Below are positions 40,428 through 52,756 of a DNA stretch of 64,000 nt, one piece after another. A program made the position numbers and the translations under genes. The stretch spans positions 42,966,001-43,030,000 of the forward strand of contig NC_043003.1 in the NCBI RefSeq assembly GCF_006345805.1, read 5' to 3'. Source of the DNA: Octopus sinensis (Eukaryota). The notes beneath the pieces are model-generated. The model ran no database searches. It was not told the origin of the DNA and was given only the letters and a program-made list of their open reading frames with translations. Each line of letters opens with the position of its first letter. Positions within the stretch are counted from its first letter, which is position 1.

Positions 40428-41670
40428 ATATATATATAATATATATATAATATAAATATGTATATTATATTATATATATATATATATATACACACATATA
40501 TATATATATAATAATATAAATATGTATATTATATTATATATATATATATATATACACACATATATACACATATATATATACATATACATACATATATATA
40601 TATGAGAAGGAGAAAAAGATAACAAGGAAAATACGAAGCATACATTAACTAGAACTATATTTCATCTTAATGAAATAATTTCTGGGAGTATGAAATTTAT
40701 TGGTTTCTTCAAGAGATACTTTTATTTCTCTATTTATGTTTCGTATGCATGTCCTACTCACCCTCCCTCATTCCTAGCTTATGTGCTTCTTTTACTAATA
40801 ATGCATTCTAACGCAGACACGAAGCCATTCGCACACATTATGTGGAGAGACATAGATGATTAAATCGACCTCAGCTTTTCATCGATACTTATTTAATCGA
40901 CCTATGAAGGACGAGAGCCAAATCGACCTTAAATGGCATATGAATTGAGAATCTACAAAAGGTCAAATTCGCATTTTATTCTTACAGGGTCGATAAATTA
41001 AATAACACTTGTTATCTTTGCTGTTTTGCCGAAGGCCTATGATTAAAGAGTTCTATCAGTTACCATCCCGTATTTACTTTTCAGATAAAACACGCACACA
41101 CAAACCCACACATACACACATACACACAAAACACACATATATGACTAAATTCTGAAATAGAGTGAGATTGGAGAGGGATTATTAGTTAGTATAAGTCAAG
41201 GAGTGTGGTTTGATGTATTCTTTTCTCTCAACTTCAAAATATGTGTGGTCTCGTGCCAAAAGTGGTAATTATCATTCTTTGTGATATAGGTATGTAGAAT
41301 CAACAAAATGAATTAAAGCCATGTAAGTCATACTCTCATGCATTAGAACAACAAAGCCTGCAATATTATGCACAAGACAATGCTATTCTACATAGGTGCA
41401 ATGCACATTATACACTGATGGCATGTATATAGCGGCAATGTATACATAATGGCAATGTATAGTGCCACGTACACTCAAGTATAGACACGAGAAAGAGTAT
41501 CGTAGATTAGATACACATACATTATAGTATTGTAATTTAGAGCCAAGCCTACGCTGGAGATCCGTACATTGTCGCAGAATTTGTATTATAAGCAGAAGAT
41601 AGTAATTATCTACACCAGAAGCACATATATTGTTCTCCTGCACACCAGAGCTATGTAATAATAATAATTG

Positions 41671-41884
41671 TTACAAATTTTGGCACAAAGTGAGCAATTT
41701 CGGGGAAGGAGATAAGTCGATCACATTGACCTCAGTTTTCAACTGGTACTTAGTTTATCGAGACTGAAAGGATGAAAGGCAATGTCGTCTCGGCGCAATT
41801 TGACCTCAGAACATAGTGTCGAACGGACGGATTGCTGCTACGCGTTTTGCACGGTGTGCTAACGATTCAGCCAGCTCGCCACCT
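41671..41884 (-). mobile_element. SINE family B
   Basis: caaattttggcacaaag tail to gctaacgattcagccagctcgccacc head. Confidence 0.8.
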
Positions 41885-42376
41885 TATGCAATTGTAATAT
41901 AAACACTGGAGGTACATATTCTAACGTTGTACACCAGAGTTGGTTACATTGCTGTATTGTACATCAGAGACATAGATATTGTAGTATATACACTAAGGAT
42001 TGAGATTTTTGTGGGGCATTTTCATCCAAGTCGCTTATCTTCTGGCGACACAAAATTCAGATGTGCATCTAAGATGGTATTCCAATAGCCTACTAGTATT
42101 GAAAACAGGACACTCCAAAGAAAACCTCCAGGTGCCTGAAGAAATCTGACCACTGTCACAACTTTTCACGTCCAGGACTTCCAATTTACAGTCTACGTCA
42201 AGGAAGATCGATGTCATCTCAAGGATCAGGCCGCTTCGAAACACCGTCTTCCTATCCCTTTCCCAGTAAGAGTAGGAGATGTAAAGATCTTAGTGTTACC
42301 AAATGGAAGTTGCTAAGGAAGTTTGGGGGGTTTCTGAAACCAGCTAGATTAGTCTACATAAAACTTTGGGAAGTTT

Positions 42377-42600
42377 TTTAGGAGCCGACTGCTTACTACT
42401 TACTGGCAAAATATCCAGAAAGAGTGAGAGAAAGTTGTGGTGAAAGAGTAAAGCGGAGTTCACCCCCTCCCCCGCCGGAGCCTCGTAGAGCTTAGGTGTT
42501 TTTGCTCAATAAACACTCACAATGCCCGGTGTGGGAATCGAAACCGCGTTCTTACGACCGCGAGTCCGCTGCTCTAACAACTGTGCCATTGCGCCTCCAC
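42377..42600 (-). mobile_element. tRNA-derived SINE family D
   Basis: gtggaggcgcaatggcacagttgttagagcagcggactcgcggtcgt...gtttcgattccc head; body shared with 57328. Confidence 0.8.
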
Positions 42601-42914
42601 TGTTGCTGCTGTTGCTGAATTTTTTTGCTACTGCTGTCATTGTTGTTGCTGCTGTCATGTTTTTTGTTGTTGCCGTTGTCGTCGCTGTTGTTGTTGTTGT
42701 TTTCGTTGCTGTTGTTGCTGCTGCTGATGATGATGGTGATGCTGTTGTTTCTTGATTGGTGTGCAAGAGGTTAAGAACCTTACTCTTATTAATGCTATCG
42801 TTACCGATATTGATTTTCCTTTTGTTGTCATTCATGCACTGCTTCTAAGAGTCAGCATGTGCGGTCCAGGTATTACAAAGACGGGCTGGATTATGTTTAT
42901 AATGAAGCTGGTAT

Positions 42915-43250
42915 GAAGGCGCGTGGCTCCGTGGTTAGAACGTCGAGCTTACGATCGTGAGGTTGTGAGCTCCAATTCCGGACCGGGTTGCGTGTTGTGT
43001 TCTTGAGCAAGGCACTTTATTTCACGTTGCTCCAGTCCACTCAACTGTAGAAATGAGTTGCGACGTCACAGGTGCCAAGCTGTATCGGCCCTTGCCTTTC
43101 CCTTGGACAACATCGGTGACGTGGAGAGGGGAGGCCGGTATGCATGGGCGACTGCTGGTCTTCCATAAAACAACCTTGCCCAGACTTGTACATCAGAGGG
43201 TAACTCTTTAGGTGCAAACCCATGGTCAGTGTCTGACCGAGGGGGGTCAC
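42915..43250 (+). mobile_element. tRNA-derived SINE family C
   Basis: gaaggcgcgtggctccgtggttagaacgtcgagcttacgatcgtgagg head, cttgagcaaggcactttatttcacgttgctccag core. Confidence 0.8.
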
Positions 43251-44510
43251 CATGATGAGTGGTACAATTGATTCTTCTTGCTAAATTGTAGCTGAATTTG
43301 ATAGTTGGCATTACTCAATGCATTCGGGGTATGATCGATCCCATTAAAATACAAACAAACAAACCCATTAATGATATGCAAAATTTGTACGATTTGAGAG
43401 AAATTTTAGTGGTCTTCATCTTCATACAGTGAAGAAGGGTCCCTTTTCGAAATTCTAACCAAAATTTGCTGCAGTAAACAAATTGATTTCAACAAAATTT
43501 AACAAGTATTAATGGACTGACAAAATGTAAGACCATCCCAAACAGAAGGAAAACAACAACAATACTAACAATAATAACATTAACAACACCAGAATTAACA
43601 AGTGCAAAAATAACTGTTTTAACATTGGAGCTAAACTCCGCCTCTATCAGAAGAATGTAATCGATTAAATCACATCAATACTTGGTTGAAACTTATTTTG
43701 TAGAGCCTGGGATGTTGGAAGAGAGAGAGAGAGAGAGAGAAAGGACGGAGTTTGAAACCAGGATGTAAAGTGGTGTGATTGAATAATCCTGTCGTTCTAC
43801 CGATTATGGTAATTTGCTTTCTAAATGATAAAACATTTATAATATTACTACATACATCAACAGAAGTTACTATCTTTATTAGTATTGTTGATATAATCAT
43901 CATCATTGTTATTGTCATTAGCACCTTGAGTAGCAGCAGCAACAGCAGCAGTAGTAGTAGTAGTTGTAAACTTTATAACACCGTGAATAAATCAAAATGA
44001 TGATGATGATGATGATGATGGTGCTGGTGCTGGTGCTGGGAATAACGTTGATGACGACGTTGATGAGATTTTAATGATGATGATGTGGAGATGCTAACGA
44101 TGATGTTTTTATTTTATTTTATTTACAAGAGCATTGAAGATTAAATATTACAATGCATGTACAAACTGTTCCATCACAATGCTATACGAGTTAACAAACA
44201 CAGTTTGTTGATTTCAAATGTCAAGCGTTTAATATTGTTTTATTTTTTAAATGTTACAAAATAGTAAATAAAAACTGCTGTTCGATAAACCATTGGCGGT
44301 CTGTGAAAAAAACTTTAAATAAAAATTTATACATTCGAACAGTTTCGATTTTTTTCTCGTTTCTCCGTAGCATACGATCTTATTACTAATTTTAGATGTT
44401 AGTTGTATATCTACCATACATCGAACGAAGATGGCACGTCATGCCATGTCAGATGAAACTAAAATGGAGCTTTAATCATTGAAATTAAGTTGTCGTTATT
44501 GCTTATCATG

Positions 44511-44912
44511 TACTTGTTTCAGTCACTGGACTGCAACCATAATCGGATACCACTTTGAAGAGTTTAACTAAAAAACGATTCGAACCAGTAATCATTTTCT
44601 TTAAAGTATGGTGCTAATTCTATCGATATGTTTTGCTGAACCACTAAATTAAGGGACATAAGCAAAGTAACACTAATATCCACGTAGTATTGGGGAAAAA
44701 ATGCAAGCAAAAAGGCAAATGCGAGCACGCACACACAAATACATACAAACACAAGATGTGCTTCTTTTAGTTTCCTCCTGCCAAATTTCATGATTCGGTC
44801 ATGATCCGGTCATGACCCGGTGTCATAACAGTAGTCAGTTGCCTTATTTGCCTTGCAGTTGAACTGAACCTGAAACTACACGGTTGAGAAATGAATTCTT
44901 ACCAACAATACT
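44511..44912 (-). mobile_element. SINE family A, degenerate
   Basis: tacttgtttcagtcactggactgc tail; cttttagtttcctcctgccaaatttc body. Confidence 0.6.
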
Positions 44913-45102
44913 ATGGCAGAATTCGAGATAAAAAATTGGTTTGTATGGAAGAGAGAAATATTGATGTTGGCAGTTGATCTTTCGATGAACCAAGGGAACT
45001 ATTATTTTTCATATTACTGATGCCAATTATTTGACGCAGTTCCTGACAAACCATCGTGATATGTTCAATGACAGAGCTGAATTTGAACTGAGAATGTACG
45101 AA

Positions 45103-45254
45103 AGTGGTTGTGTGGTAAGTAGCTTGCTTCCCAACCACTTGGGAAAAGTGTCTTCTACTATAATCTCCGGCCGACCAAAGCCTTGTGAGTTGATTTTGTA
45201 GATGGAAACTGAAAGAAGCCCGTCGTATATATGTATATGTATATGTATATGTAT

Positions 45255-45328
<74 letters not shown>

Positions 45329-45552
45329 ATGTGTGTGTGTGTGTGTTTGTGTGTCTGTATTTGTCCACCCAACATCATTTGACAACCGTGGCTGATGTAT
45401 TTGCGTCCCCGTAACTTAGCGGTTCAGCAAAAGAGCCCGATAGAATAAGTGCTAGGCTTACAAAGAAAAAGTCCTGGGGTCGATTTGCTCGACTAAAGGC
45501 GGTGCTCCAGCATGACCGCAGTCAAATGACTGAAACAAGTAAAAGAGTAAAA
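45103..45552 (+). mobile_element. SINE family A with expanded internal (TA)n
   Basis: Colinear with 9719-10131. Confidence 0.9.
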
Positions 45553-45967
45553 CAGGAACTGATATGGTAAGCATCCAGGTTCCGACGATCCAACAATGCT
45601 ACCAATTTATTGTCTTGGACTGGAATTATTTTCATCGTAGCCGAGAAGAGAAAATGCAAAATAAACATTAGAGGGTTCAAAACTCAAAACTTAACACTCT
45701 ACGTAACATTCTAAATATTCTAACTATTTCTCGCTTATAGAATTGCCGACAAAATGTGAATACCAGTATGAAAGGAGGAGGACACAATCTCTTTAAGTTC
45801 GTTCTGAAAGATTGATATTAGCCATTAAAAAAAAAAGAAGCAAACAAAGCGCTTGTTAATTTTTTATAGTGTCGAATACTATAAAACGCCAACATTTTTC
45901 ATCTCAAGCTGCAACTTACTGACACTGTTAAACTGTATCGAGTCTCATTTTGATGAAAAGTATTGCT

Positions 45968-46181
45968 AACAAATTTTGGCACAAGGCCAACTATTTTTTG
46001 GGAAGAGTAAGTTGATTACATCAACTCCAGTGCTCGACTAGTGTTTATTTTGTCTATCCCGAAAGAATGAAAAGCTAAGTCGATATTTGAACTCAGAACG
46101 TAAATACTAACGAAATACCGCTAACCATTTTATCTAGAGGCATTTTGCTCGGCTGCTAACAATTCTGGCTGCTCACTGCTT
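45968..46181 (-). mobile_element. SINE family B, degenerate
   Basis: caaattttggcacaaggcc tail; atttgaactcagaacg; gctaacaattctggctgctcactgc head. Confidence 0.7.
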
Positions 46182-47380
46182 TATTTTGATGAAAAATATC
46201 GACATTAAGACGTAGAAATTGTTAAATTATATCAATTAGATATATTATATGTAATAATTATCTCTCGTATACCTAAAATTGTAAGTATATTTCTTACTAA
46301 TAGGAACAACTATTGTTGTTGATAATTGGGTCGTTAGTTAGCATTTGTACAACAATATTAGAAATGAAATCAAATTTCGCTTCAGGATTTCATATCTCTC
46401 GGTACTCTACTAGAGTACACACACAATCTCTCATATAAACATACACGCACACATACAAATACATATGTACACACACACACAACATATCACGTACACACTA
46501 TGCACATATACATCTACGTTTTCTTCTAGCAAAATTTTCTAACGGCCCATTACATTTTGAAACTTTTGTATTACTTTTTTTTATGAAATTGACCTGGGCA
46601 ACCTACTTCAGTCTCAGGCACTTTTCTGGGGATAAGCCATTAAATGTGGTTTCCTCCTTTTCCCTTTCATTATCAGGTACAGAAATACCGTCGAGAATTA
46701 ATAGGCATTGCTGTAAAAACAAAAACCTACTATCCCTTATATTCGCCTTCACTTTGTCTCACCTTCCATAGCGTGCAGTAAATACTACTTTGAACCCTTC
46801 ATGCCAGAACTGCAATCCTTTGAACTTCGCTGCCCGCCCACATTCTTCATCAAGTCGTCGACTTGCAAATATTTCGCATGAATAACAACTGTAGCAATCT
46901 CACCAATCTGGCTAAAGGTATTACTCCATCATTTCTCTCGGGATAATGTATGTTTCTTTTTTTTACATTTGCAAGAAAGCTATAAAGAAATTATGATCGG
47001 TATTTCCAACTGTTACATTATTACAAAGGCATAATTACAAACCTTGCTTTAACTTTGAACTTGATTCTCTTATAGGCCTCTGGGAATTTAGTCAAGGTGA
47101 AGTTGAAATTAAGGTCAGTGTTTTCCTGTTAGATAAATGATACATGCAACGTAAATAAAGGGAGAAGGAAATGACAAAGAAAAGGAAAAGCTCGGGTGTA
47201 AATGAAGAAAAAAATAAAAGGAAATATTAACATACTGCATTTCCTACTTTATTGCACCAGAGTAATGTGTAAGAAAGAAGTTTATAGAATAGAAGTTAAC
47301 TATAATGATGAAAGATTAAGAGAAAGGAATTGTAAGAGAGTCGGGAAAATGTCTTGTTGCATTTAGTTAAGTCTCTATGA

Positions 47381-47524
47381 TCTGAGATCAAATTGCACCG
47401 AGGTCAAGTTCACCTTTCATCCCTTTTGGGTCGATGAAATAAAATACCAGTGAAGTAATACTGAATGTTTTAATCGACTATGCCTTTCCTTGAAAGCTGA
47501 GGCATTGTTGCTATGTTAGAAATC
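47381..47524 (+). mobile_element. SINE family B, partial
   Basis: ccgaggtcaagttcacctttcatcccttttgggtcgatgaaataaaataccag. Confidence 0.7.
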
Positions 47525-48179
47525 AATGTTAAAGAGAATAAAAGAAAAGAATATGAAAAATGAATTTCGAAGATAGGAAAAACGGAGAAACTAGAAAAAT
47601 ATGTAACACTAAGAAGAAAAAATACAAAAAGAAAAAAAACAAAGACAAGAAACTAAACAACATAGTTTGTGCGAAGAGATTTCTCTGATATGCTATGAGG
47701 CAGAACATTAAACATAGTGGAGTTCTAAGTAGAATATATCTACGATGAAATACTTTGATGACAGCTCTGTAAAGACAGCCTGTTCCTGTTACATGTGTAG
47801 TAAGATCGACAAAATTATTCTTCATAAATTCAGTGTCTAAACATTACTGATTTGTGGAGTTACATGGAGCAGTGGTTCTCACACTCAGTATATATCTGGC
47901 TCTCAATCTAGTCCACGAAGCTCAACTCGTTACCTTCTGTTACCTAGCGAGAAAGATGAAACGATTTTTGAAGATTTCAAGAATTTTGTATAATTTTTCC
48001 TTCTGTCATAAAAATGGAAATACTTATAGCAATTTTCCTAAAGTTGTCATTGCTACGTTTTCAACTTCATAACAGCTTCGTTCTTATTGCTCCTTTGTAT
48101 TTTAATTGTCATTTCGGTCTCTGATTTTTATTGGTTGTCTTCCTGTATGTGCTGACATGCGAGCTATTGTTTTAGAAAG

Positions 48180-48710
48180 TTGCGGGTTTGAGAGACATAC
48201 CGCTGAAAGGAAGATAAGAAGGAGACATGTCAGCATATGTGAATGATATAATTACAATGATGTCTGGTACTGCAGCAATTGCAGGAGCCAGTAGTTTTTT
48301 AGAGGAATAAGTGGCAGTGACAGGGACAACTATTACTTCTGATAAGTGCGTAGAATTGAAACTTGGCACCTAGTTTAGCTGCTGAGAGTCCAGCGCCCAT
48401 CAGACCGCACAACAAACGGAACAAACTTATGAGCAAGCTAAGCACTCTTTCTTAGAAATAGCTCGAGGTGAATCTATACCTAAAAGTTTGGTAAGAGGTG
48501 GCAAACGCGTGCATCGCCTTTCCACTATATTATTGCTGAAATGTCGTCTAGTGCTCCAGTTCAGCCTTTTTGCATCTTTTGGAAGGGACGAATTGCACAA
48601 ATTGCGTATTGTATTTCGAGCTAATAATTTCTGTGTAAAATGCCTGGTATGATGTCCACGGTGATGCCTAGGTATGCACTGAGGCTGTGGTATCTGAAAT
48701 ATCTGTAGCG
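48180..48710 (+). pseudogene. L1/Tx1-clade ORF2 reverse transcriptase fragment
   Basis: SAYVNDI (YADD-equivalent, 48230-48250), VTGTTITSDKCVELKLGT*, NLYLKVW*EVANACIA..YY, FWKGR, MP..RYALRL. Confidence 0.65.
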
Positions 48711-48849
48711 AATCTAGATCAGCATCCAGATGCCGTTTGCTAGGAGAATTTTCAATAGAATCCTGAAACAATTTTCGAATACACGAAAATGAATTTGTCA
48801 AAGAAAAAACCCCCCAAAAAACAGATGTCTTTGCTAACATTACAAGCAA

Positions 48850-48874
48850 TATAATAATAATAATAATGATAATA

Positions 48875-48933
<59 letters not shown>

Positions 48934-48973
48934 AAGAAGAAGAAGAAGAAGAAGAAGAAGAAGAAGAAGAAGA
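48850..48973. repeat. (AAT)n followed by (AAG)n
   Basis: Direct reading. Confidence 0.95.
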
Positions 48974-48975
48974 AT

Positions 48976-49188
48976 GGTTTCAAATGTTTCCATAAGAGCA
49001 GCAATTTTGAGGGAGTTGATGAGTCGATTACATCGACCCAAGAGTTTAACTGGTAATTATTTCCTCAACCTCGAAAGGATGAAAGGTAAAGTCGACCTCG
49101 GCGGTATTTGAACTCAGAACGTCCCAACGGGTGAAATACCGCTAAGCATTTCCTCCGCGTGCTAAAGATTCTGCCAGCTCGCCACCTT
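48976..49188 (-). mobile_element. SINE family B
   Basis: gaaaggatgaaaggtaaagtcgacctcggcggtatttgaactcagaacg...ctgccagctcgccacc. Confidence 0.85.
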
Positions 49189-49201
49189 AATAATAATAGT
49201 A

Positions 49202-49302
49202 CCAGTGTGGTGAGAAGCTTGCTTACCAACCACATGGTTTCAGGTTCAGTCCCACTGCGTGGCACCTTGGGCCGACCAAATCCTTGTGAGTGGAAACCGT
49301 CG

Positions 49303-49342
<40 letters not shown>

Positions 49343-49345
49343 ATA

Positions 49346-49376
<31 letters not shown>

Positions 49377-49582
49377 TGTATTCGTATGTCTGTGTCTGTC
49401 ACTCCCACCATCGCTTGACAGCCGATATTGTTGTGTTTACGTTCATGTAACTTAGCGTTTCGGCAAAAGACAGTGATAAAATAAGTACTAGGTTTACAAA
49501 GAATAAGTCCTGCGGTCCACTTGTTAGACTAAAGGCGCGGTGCTCCAGCATGGCCGCAGTCAATGACTGAAATAAGTAAGAG
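49202..49582 (+). mobile_element. SINE family A with internal deletion
   Basis: gtggtgagaagcttgcttaccaaccacatgg head; gtgctccagcatggccgcagtcaatgactgaaa tail. Confidence 0.85.
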
Positions 49583-49604
49583 ATTAAGATAAAAGAATAA
49601 TAAT

Positions 49605-49959
49605 AACAAGAGCACTCATAGAGCGCAAACCTACGCCGAGGAAACACCAACATCTTCTCAACGATTAGTCAGAGACGATTTTTAAAATGAAAAGATTTGA
49701 AGTAAACTCGACTGCTCTCACAAACAAGGATACTAAAAATGAACCCGACCGTTCTCAAAAGTTAAGTAAAAAATAAAAAAAAACGAAAAATAATCCAGAA
49801 TCTTTGTACCCGATCGTGTCAGTCACGAGGTCAAACATCACTGAAAGCTTCATTCGAATCCATCTAGTGGTTCTTGGGATATCTTATTCATGGACAAACA
49901 AGCAAACAAATGCGACCGAAAACAATATGTCCTCCGACTTCGCTAAGGCAGAGGTAATA

Positions 49960-49960
<1 letters not shown>
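49605..49960 (-). mobile_element. Helentron-associated/DINE-1-like element, uninterrupted short copy
   Basis: Reverse complement starts acctctgccttagcgaagtcggagg and ends cggcgtaggtttgcgctctatgagtgctcttgtt. Confidence 0.75.
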
Positions 49961-49990
<30 letters not shown>

Positions 49991-50000
49991 TAATAATAAT

Positions 50001-50730
50001 TTCTGTCCTGTGCCTACACCAAATGAATATAAAAGTCGCCACGATAGGGACGGACAGTATTTACATTGGAAAATATGGAAACACTACAAAATCAGCACTC
50101 CTGCTTACTGGTATGAACATCATCTTGATTCAGTCGTTGAAGGTAAAAAAATTACTATCCTCTGGGATTTTCCAGTCAACACTGACAGAACAATTCAAGA
50201 TAATCGACCACACATAATTATCAAAGACGAGGAAGAAAATACTTGTTGATTAATAGACATAAGTGTTTCCACTGATAAAAATATATCTGTCAAGGAATTT
50301 GACAAACTAAGTAAATATAAGAACCTAAAAATTGAAATACAAAAGATGTAGCATCTTAAAACGCGAACTGTTCCTGTTATTTTAGGTGCACTAGGTATGA
50401 GAATATAGGGATATCAGAAACATCTAGATAAGATCCCAGGAGAACCATGTCTCAGAGAAATCCAAAATATTGTACTGTCAAGAACTGCCCATAGCCTTAG
50501 AAAAAAACCCTGTCCATTTGAATATCTGTTTCGTATTACATGAAGATATTTCGCTACCTCCCTTGCCCAAGATTTCAGTCATACTGTAGCATCTCTTATC
50601 CTTCACTCGCCCCAGGACGACGCTGCGAGTGTCTCGGCAAGTGACTGTAACAAACATGCAGATTAAAAGTAAAATAACAACAAAAACAACGACAAAAACA
50701 CCACCACCACCACCAATAATAATAATGATG

Positions 50731-50779
<49 letters not shown>

Positions 50780-50795
50780 TAATAATAATAATAAT
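50001..50795 (+). mobile_element. 5'-truncated R4/Dong-clade element (RLE domain, 3' UTR, (TAA)n tail)
   Basis: YKSRHD..YLHWKI..WYEH..ILWDFPVNTDRTIQDNRPHII..LIDIS..EFDKLSKY..PVILGALG..IQNIVL..TAH to TGA 50519-50521. Confidence 0.85.
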
Positions 50796-51727
50796 TCATA
50801 GGGTGTTTTATTGGTAGAATCGGTAAAATAAAAGACAAAATGATCTATCGTATTTAAATAATTCCATTTGTATTGACAAAGGTGAGTTTGCTTATCATCC
50901 TTCCGAAACGCATTAGTGTTGGTGTACATTCGAGCAATCGTACACGTAATCCAATAAATGCAATCTTGTTCCTAATTTGGAAGTACTTATTGTGACTCAT
51001 TTATAAAGGAAGCGGATGTTGTCAGGTCTAGTTGAATAGCAGAAGAATTGTATTACAGTGTTTAGTTACGTCACTTAACGGGTCTCATTATTCAGTTCCA
51101 CAGAGATTTTTGTTGTTGCTATAGTTGTTGCTATTATTATTTGTATTAGTGACATATTGAATATCACAGGAGATATATTCTCGAATTTATAACACGTGTA
51201 AAAGGTCGTAACCAAAAGCAAGTCATCATCAGAGATTCGTATCTATCACATAAAGGAACAATTCCGGAGAAAATCCATAATTCTCTCGCAAGCTCTAAAT
51301 ATATTGAATGTGTATGTATTAGAATATAACAAAAATAGTTCCCCATCACTTCCGACGATAAATATTCCGTTGCTTGATCCATTGAACTGTTAGCTCATTG
51401 AATAGCCATGTAAGTGACTAACTATTACATATCACTGAATCGCATACTGCTTAACGTAGGAGTGATGCTATATAGTAAAACTTGTTATATACGTTAAAAG
51501 TATAAACAGACGAGCTTTCTTGCACACTAACTACTACGGTATGCGATTCAAGAGTCTCCGTGGAGTTGTGGAGGTTAGAGCAATGGCAAAAAAGCCTAAC
51601 CCACGATATAATACCGTGTGGACGGAGTCGGGATTTTATGAATTTAAAGCGAATTTCTTACCCATTTGTCCTGGTTCCCTTCACACAGGGCGAATATAAC
51701 TGCAATATGGACATACAGAGTAGTGCA

Positions 51728-51823
<96 letters not shown>

Positions 51824-51860
51824 GTATATATATATATGTATATATGTATATATATATATG

Positions 51861-51892
<32 letters not shown>

Positions 51893-52122
51893 ATATATAT
51901 ATATAATATATATAATATATATATATATATATATACATATATACATATGTACTACTCTGTATGTCCATATTGCAGTTATATTGCAGCAGGGATTTTTGTC
52001 AGTGAACAGGTCGCGGTCTTAAAGCGACGAAAATATTTTGACAAACTAAACTTAAATGTTGAAGTGAATCGAACGGCTTTTGTGTGTTTCTTAAATGGCT
52101 TACAAACACCTTCCATGCTGCA

Positions 52123-52190
<68 letters not shown>

Positions 52191-52756
52191 TTATATATAT
52201 AAAACTGAGAATGTGTATCTGTGTGTCTGTCTGTCTGTCTGTGTGTTTCCCTAAAACTTGAGAACTACACAACCAATTTCATTCAAATTTTACACATGCC
52301 TTACTTAGGGTCCATGTAGTTTGATGGGCAAAAAAATGTTCAACTTCTTGCCTAGAGCAAGCCCATAGCAATATCATATCTTCTCCACTATTTCAGTATT
52401 ACGTGTTAAAAGTGAAACAAAAACATTCCTCTATTTTATGTCAGATACTTTCACTTTAACAATAAAAATAATAATAACAATTGAATTATATATAGTAAGT
52501 AATAATTAAAATCAAACTAAAGTATAATATATAATCGTAACATAACAAAAGTAAAAATAGCAATTGGTATAAAATTGCATCAATGACTTGAACTTGAATA
52601 AGTGGTTTCACATAAATGGGAATAAATTAAAGATAAAATTAGCGTGCAGAAATGGAATAGTCCAGATGGATAATAAAAAATTAAATTAAAGAAAAGACTT
52701 TTGTCTATGAAATATACAATGTAGAGAAAAAAGAAGATTTGAACACATGGAGGAAA

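Noticed and set aside
42035-42360. Minus-strand FSLECPVF, reminiscent of a LINE C-terminal zinc motif
   Set aside because: Single short motif; clade cannot be supported.
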